31,048 bases of DNA from Coleofasciculus sp. B1-GNL1-01 (lineage in GTDB: Bacteria; Cyanobacteriota; Cyanobacteriia; Cyanobacteriales; Coleofasciculaceae), in NCBI GenBank assembly GCA_040220235.1, contig JAVJTO010000167.1; one strand, written 5' to 3'. Below the pieces are notes generated by a model. The model was given only the letters and a program-made list of their open reading frames with translations. It had not been told where the DNA came from and made no database searches. Shown piece after piece: positions 26,085-31,048 of this stretch. A program made the translations under genes and the position numbers. The first letter of the stretch is position 1. The number at the start of each line of letters is the position of its first letter.

Positions 26085-28718
26085 TTAAACCCAATTGCCA
26101 ACTAATACAAATGGTGTCCAAAAATAGGGATGTTTCCGATACTTTGGATCTTGTAAAATCAAGAGTTGAGCGCGACGCAGGGCTTCAGCTTTACTCACTT
26201 TATCCTCAGTAAGTACCTGATAAAATTTCACCATCAGATCCGCCGTCGTCGCATCATCCACTAACCATAATGTGGCGATGGTACTCCTAGCCCCAGCTCT
26301 CACGGCGACACCAGCTAATCCCAATGCAGCTTGATCATCGCCTTTGGCGGTTTCACAGGCACTGAGTACCAGTAATTCAATGGGATTGGTACGACGCAGA
26401 TCGGTTGTTTTGAGTAAGGAACTCAATTCATTCACATTCAGCTTATCATCCCACGTAATAATAAACGTTCCCTCGGCTTCTGAACTAAACTGACCGTGGG
26501 TGGCGAGGTGGACAACGGGAAATGATACGTTACCCATCGTATTTTCTAATGTGGATTTGGTAAACTCCTGATTGAGTAACAATTTCCCTGGCATAAATGA
26601 TTGAATTTGTTGGAGTTCGATTTTTACATTGGGGAGGGCGGAAAAGTCTAGGCGAGGTTCGGAAAGTCCAGCCTTTAACACTTCTAGCGGTTGCTCAGTC
26701 AGGGGTGTGGATTCTAATAATTCTAGCCCTGGCGTGAGCGCGATCGCATAGTTTTGCAGTAGGAATTGATCCCCGTCGTGTAACGCCGCCATCGGAATAT
26801 TCCGCAGCGTGCCATTTAATACAAAGACTAGGGTTTTTACCTCACTTTGGGCTAAATCGGCGGCGACGGGTTTGATAATCCAGTCATAGACTTTTCGGGC
26901 GAGGGGTAGAAATCTTAAACTGGTGCGCTGAGGTAAGGCTTGACGGAATTCCTCTAATGTGGTTTTTAATTCAGTTTGGGAGACGAAAGTGGTGTAACGG
27001 CGTAAGGGGTGATTGGGTAAATGAACAATGATTTCCAAGCGATCAGATAGGATAATCGGGTAAAGTACGGCAGCTTCTTTGTCAATCGTATCAATATTTA
27101 CAGGTCGAGCTGTGATACAATCCGCTTGAAAGAAGTTATCCAATTCTGCGATTTGGAGTAATTCAATCACATGACGGGCTTGTTCGAGTCGTTCTGGACT
27201 GGTTTGGGTCTCATTTTCGGGTAATAGAAGTTCGACTAACTCCCGGTAGATGGGTTCAACCTGTTCCCGGAAGGAATACTGAACATTAGAATTAACCGCG
27301 ACTAAATCGCTACGCAGGGATTGCAGCGTATCTACCGCCCCTTGGTACGCCGCAATTGCCCCTTCAATATCGCCCTGCTGTTTGAGTAAGCGCCCTAATT
27401 GCCATTGCCAAGGATACAGACTATCCCAGGCTTCGATGGCTTGGGTTTGAATTAAGGCTTTTTGGGTTAATTCTTGGGCGGGTTGCAGTTGATTAGTTTC
27501 TTCGTAGAGATGTCCCAGAGTTCCTAATGCATAGGCGTGGAGGCGTTTATCTTCCAGGGTTTCCGCCTGCTGGATAGCTGTTGCTAGGATTTGGGCAATG
27601 TCTTGGTGTAGAGATGCGCCATGGCGCGTCTCTACTAATTTAATCAGACTTTCGGCAAAATTAATCCGAGATGTAATTGCTTGATCTGAAAGGGGTAAAC
27701 GGTTAAGTTGGCTGTGAATTTGCGGGACTAAGGTTTGCGCTTGTTGGTGATTTCCAGTTTCAATAAGTAAGCTGAGTTGATTGAGTTTTGCCCGTAATTG
27801 GATAAGGGGAGATGGGGCTGCGGTTATTGCTTGTTTATAGAACTCCAGGGCGGCTTCAACTTGCTGCTGTTGACGGGTAGTATTGGCAAGACTGAATAGG
27901 GCGGCGCTGATATCTGGGGGGGATTCTAACTGGCGGGCAATTTGTAAACTTTCTTCGAGGACTTGACGGGCTTGGGGCAAGTCGTTTACGAATTGTAACA
28001 CTTCTCCGAGCGATCGCAGACCGATGGCTTTGGTGAGGGAATCGGGTTGATTGTCGAGGGTTTGTCTGACTTGCTGGAGTAAGGCTAATGCCCGTCGATG
28101 AAACCCCAGGGCTTGCATGGCTTGCGCTTGGTTAATTTGGCTTTTAATTTTACCTGTTTTATCCCCTAACTGATTGTACAGGGCGGTAGCTTGCTCCCAG
28201 GTGGCTAAGGCTTGTTCGGGTTGTCCCTGATTCAGTTGTAAACGCCCCTGAATCGTTAGGCTTTGGGCTAAGACGTTGAGGTGATGGGTAGAAACGTCGC
28301 GGTTTGGTTCAGTTTGCAGTAAAGTTAAACTTCGGGAAATGGCGTCGTTTGCCTCAGACCATAGGCTAAGTTGGTGATAGGCTAAGGCGAGATTACTGAG
28401 GACTGTGGCTTGCTTAATGGTATCGCCTTGGGTTTGATAAGCTTGGGCTGCTTTTTCTAGGAGTTCTACCGCGTTAGCATATTGACCTGTTTCGTAGAAG
28501 GTTCTCCCTTGTTTTACCCAGGCTTCTGGGGAGGAGTTAGCGGTTGTTGTCTCAATTGCTGCGGGTTGGGGTTCGGTTTGTCCGATTCCGGTTGCGGATA
28601 CGGGGGAAATGACTATACATAAAATGGCGGTGATACTGGCTAATATTAGCCATGAGATACCCCATTGATTAGCGCTAAAGCGCTTACTACGAACAGGTAG
28701 ATACCATTTGTTTTTCAT
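26085..28718 (-). CDS. TPR + CHAT (caspase/HetF-related) domain protease with N-terminal signal/TM segment
   Basis: TPR helices; CHAT motifs LRNIPMAALHDG, VHLATHGQFS (catalytic His), LVLSACETA (catalytic Cys), ATLWLVDD and HPYFWTPFVLVGNW. Confidence 0.95.
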   Translation of the reverse strand: MKNKWYLPVRSKRFSANQWGISWLILASITAILCIVISPVSATGIGQTEPQPAAIETTTANSSPEAWVKQGRTFYETGQYANAVELLEKAAQAYQTQGDTIKQATVLSNLALAYHQLSLWSEANDAISRSLTLLQTEPNRDVSTHHLNVLAQSLTIQGRLQLNQGQPEQALATWEQATALYNQLGDKTGKIKSQINQAQAMQALGFHRRALALLQQVRQTLDNQPDSLTKAIGLRSLGEVLQFVNDLPQARQVLEESLQIARQLESPPDISAALFSLANTTRQQQQVEAALEFYKQAITAAPSPLIQLRAKLNQLSLLIETGNHQQAQTLVPQIHSQLNRLPLSDQAITSRINFAESLIKLVETRHGASLHQDIAQILATAIQQAETLEDKRLHAYALGTLGHLYEETNQLQPAQELTQKALIQTQAIEAWDSLYPWQWQLGRLLKQQGDIEGAIAAYQGAVDTLQSLRSDLVAVNSNVQYSFREQVEPIYRELVELLLPENETQTSPERLEQARHVIELLQIAELDNFFQADCITARPVNIDTIDKEAAVLYPIILSDRLEIIVHLPNHPLRRYTTFVSQTELKTTLEEFRQALPQRTSLRFLPLARKVYDWIIKPVAADLAQSEVKTLVFVLNGTLRNIPMAALHDGDQFLLQNYAIALTPGLELLESTPLTEQPLEVLKAGLSEPRLDFSALPNVKIELQQIQSFMPGKLLLNQEFTKSTLENTMGNVSFPVVHLATHGQFSSEAEGTFIITWDDKLNVNELSSLLKTTDLRRTNPIELLVLSACETAKGDDQAALGLAGVAVRAGARSTIATLWLVDDATTADLMVKFYQVLTEDKVSKAEALRRAQLLILQDPKYRKHPYFWTPFVLVGNWV
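27608..27635 (-). repeat. Palindromic REP-like element inside the CHAT gene
   Basis: GTAGAGACGCGCCATGGCGCATCTCTAC on the minus strand, translated as VETRHGASL(H). Confidence 0.8.
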
Positions 28719-28811
28719 ACTATTTTATCCCAACAAGATTATGTGATAGGGGTACGACGTTGTTTATTCTTGCTCCCCTCTTCCATGCAAAAAAAGCGAA
28801 GCATCCTTTGT

Positions 28812-28920
28812 CATCCCTCCTCGTAGGGGGGAACGAGGGGGGTTGGGAGAGGGGTTGGGGGTGAGGGGTATTGCTAATCCTAAATCTAAGTAAGTCACCC
28901 CCTTCTGTCTTCTGCCTTCT
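28812..28920. repeat. Degenerate G-rich palindromic repeat and CCTTCTG heptamers between the FHA-like and CHAT genes
   Basis: CCCTCCTCGT...ACGAGGGGGG, GGGAGAGGGGTTGGGGGTGAGGG and CCTTCTGTCTTCTGCCTTCT. Confidence 0.55.
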
Positions 28921-28923
28921 TAA

Positions 28924-31047
28924 TTACTCACAGAACTTAGGATTAACTGGGGGATTCCCAGATGTCATGTTAGTGGCTTCCGCCGTAAGGATAACATTAC
29001 CTTGCTCATCTCGAATCCATCCCTTAGCTTCTACAATCTGGCGCGGTTGAGAAGGTTTATCGAGGAGAGTTGCCGTAGTATTCTCGTTATCGCTTTCGGG
29101 TGACTCTAAGGAAATCCAATCGGCAAATACTGCTTCCCCCCGGAGTAATTCACCGGGTTTAGGAGGTAAACCGCCGCGTCCGGTGACCACAAAACTACTT
29201 TGATTGAGTCCAGCATCGGCTTGACAAACTTGACCCACTAATCCTCGCACATCTATCGGTTTGGTGGGTAATTGATTTAAGTCTCGACTGGGATCAACAT
29301 CAGGGGTATTAATCTCCACAGTACCATCTAACCCAAATTCGGAACTGGCAGTAATATCACTTTTTGGCGTGCGCTGGGGACGGAATTCTAACCCAAAAAT
29401 ACTTTGCGCGGTGATATTAATGTCACCGCCATCACCCTCAACGGCATCAGCCACAATGTCACTGTTTTCGTCTTCAACTGCCACAATGAAGTCGGTATCT
29501 ATAGTAATATTTCCCCCATCACCATCACCGCCCAAGGCTTCTGCTGAAATCAAGCTATTGCGGCGCATTTCGATTAAATTCTCTGCTTTTAGAGTCATAT
29601 TACCGCCCTCACCGGATACGGTACTGGCAATCAAAGACCCTTGGTTATCCAGGTTAATCGAGTTGGCTGTAATCTGCATTTCCCCGGCATTTCCTGTGGC
29701 TTGAGGAGGCAGAATAAGACCTTGCAACACACCAAATCCTAAGGTAGGATCACTCAAACGCAAGTCACTGGCGGCTGTTCCGGTTGCGGCTGTCACTCTT
29801 GCCCTATCTCGGACGATTAATTGATCGGTATTCACCTGCAAATTCCCCGCATTTCCTGTACCAAATCCCTGGGCAGATAATCCACTGGGAAAACCTTCAG
29901 CAGATGTACCAATTACTTCTACCGATTTAGCCGCATTGACGAATAAACTTCCCCCTTGCCCATCACCAAAGGATGAAGCGGTAACAAATCCCCCATCTTG
30001 GATAATTAATCGCCCCGTATTAATGGTCAGATTTCCCGCTTTTCCTGCACCCGTCGGATTGGTTAATGTATTGATCGTATCGGTACCTAACAGGCTGGGA
30101 ATGATATTAATCGGAGATTTCCCAATCACTTCCACTGACTCCGAGGCATTCACGGTTAAATCCCCGCCTTTACCGGAACCTGCCGTGCCAACTTCGACAA
30201 ATCCACCATCACGGATAATTAATCGACGGGTGTTAATCGTTAAGTCTCCCGCATCACCCGTACCTAGAGTCCCAGATCCTAAAAGACCAGGAGTTTCATC
30301 TTGTTCTGATACACCAATTACCTCGACAGACTCAGAGGCATTCACCTCTAAATTGCCACCTCGACCTTGAGCAAAAGTAGTCGTTGATACATTTGCTCCT
30401 TCCTGAATCCTCAATTGCCCGGTTTCAATCTGCAACGTTCCCGCATCTCCCAATCCAGTTGTCTCTGTAAACAAGCCGGTGGAGAAATTGAATGAGGTGC
30501 CTGTCAGTTCCACGGTATCGGAGGCTTTCACGGTTAAATCCCCCCCTTGACCGCTACCAAATGTGGACGTTGATATCTTGGCTGCCGATCGCAAGTTCAA
30601 TTGCTGTGTTTCAATCAGGATATCTCCCGCCGCACCATCTCCGCCTGTAATGGCATAGAAGCCGCTACTGGGAATGGTTGCCAGAAAATCCGTTACCCCA
30701 GGGATGGTGTCTAATAGGGGAATATCAACACCCTCAAGATTAATCCCACTTGCATCTACAGATTCTGTGGCTTGTACGGTGACATTTCCGCCAGGGATTG
30801 CCCCTAACGTTCCGGCAATCACTCGTGCGCCATTGGTTAAGGAGACTGAATTGGCATCAATTTGGATATCGCCGCCTCGGAGATTTGGCGCAGGGGGAAT
30901 TGGACTTAAACTGGCACTACCAATGAGATTATTATCCCACGCGATCGCACCTTGACTTTTTAATTTAATGCTTCCCCCCACTGCACCGATGGAGAAGATA
31001 TCAGCAGTGACGATATCTCCCTCGCTAATTAAGCTAATATCACCACC
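28924..31047 (-). CDS. Filamentous haemagglutinin-family (TpsA-like) beta-helical exoprotein, 5'-truncated by the window edge
   Basis: Repeated G(N/D)(A/G)G(D/N)LT(I/V)N...V.L.G units; C-terminal SDITASSEFG.DG.V.I and SSFVVTGRGGLP...IVEAKGW motifs. The frame stays open upstream of 30981 (GGDISLISEGDIVTADIFSIGA). Confidence 0.9.
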   Translation of the reverse strand, partial: GGDISLISEGDIVTADIFSIGAVGGSIKLKSQGAIAWDNNLIGSASLSPIPPAPNLRGGDIQIDANSVSLTNGARVIAGTLGAIPGGNVTVQATESVDASGINLEGVDIPLLDTIPGVTDFLATIPSSGFYAITGGDGAAGDILIETQQLNLRSAAKISTSTFGSGQGGDLTVKASDTVELTGTSFNFSTGLFTETTGLGDAGTLQIETGQLRIQEGANVSTTTFAQGRGGNLEVNASESVEVIGVSEQDETPGLLGSGTLGTGDAGDLTINTRRLIIRDGGFVEVGTAGSGKGGDLTVNASESVEVIGKSPINIIPSLLGTDTINTLTNPTGAGKAGNLTINTGRLIIQDGGFVTASSFGDGQGGSLFVNAAKSVEVIGTSAEGFPSGLSAQGFGTGNAGNLQVNTDQLIVRDRARVTAATGTAASDLRLSDPTLGFGVLQGLILPPQATGNAGEMQITANSINLDNQGSLIASTVSGEGGNMTLKAENLIEMRRNSLISAEALGGDGDGGNITIDTDFIVAVEDENSDIVADAVEGDGGDINITAQSIFGLEFRPQRTPKSDITASSEFGLDGTVEINTPDVDPSRDLNQLPTKPIDVRGLVGQVCQADAGLNQSSFVVTGRGGLPPKPGELLRGEAVFADWISLESPESDNENTTATLLDKPSQPRQIVEAKGWIRDEQGNVILTAEATNMTSGNPPVNPKFCE

Positions 31048-31048
31048 A

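Overview
Chromosomal window from a filamentous cyanobacterium (Oscillatoriales/Coleofasciculus-like, inferred from dense HIP1 GCGATCGC sites, GTAG-type REP palindromes and 7-bp STRR repeats). It starts in a compound REP array (91-bp units, then six ~133-bp units in the opposite orientation). The genes that follow are: a P-loop ATPase, a possible small secreted peptide, a lipoprotein with a downstream 35-aa membrane micro-protein, a stand-alone PD-(D/E)xK/HsdR_N-like protein, a ClC-CBS-USP transporter (gating Glu replaced by Gln), pmbA/tldE, a Tab2/Atab2 protein, a LapA-like protein, a secreted hypothetical protein, a 1754-aa RTX-type surface metalloprotease with one intact and one degenerate zinc site, and a cupin. 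Next is a complete non-autonomous IS200/IS605 (tnpB-only) element whose ends, TAM (CCAT) and guide can be read from the sequence, then lnt, a triple-TIR/TM/14xWD40 receptor-like protein, and a convergent filamentous-haemagglutinin-like + signal-peptide TPR-CHAT protease pair (FHA gene cut by the window edge). All calls come from motif recognition only; no database searches were run.
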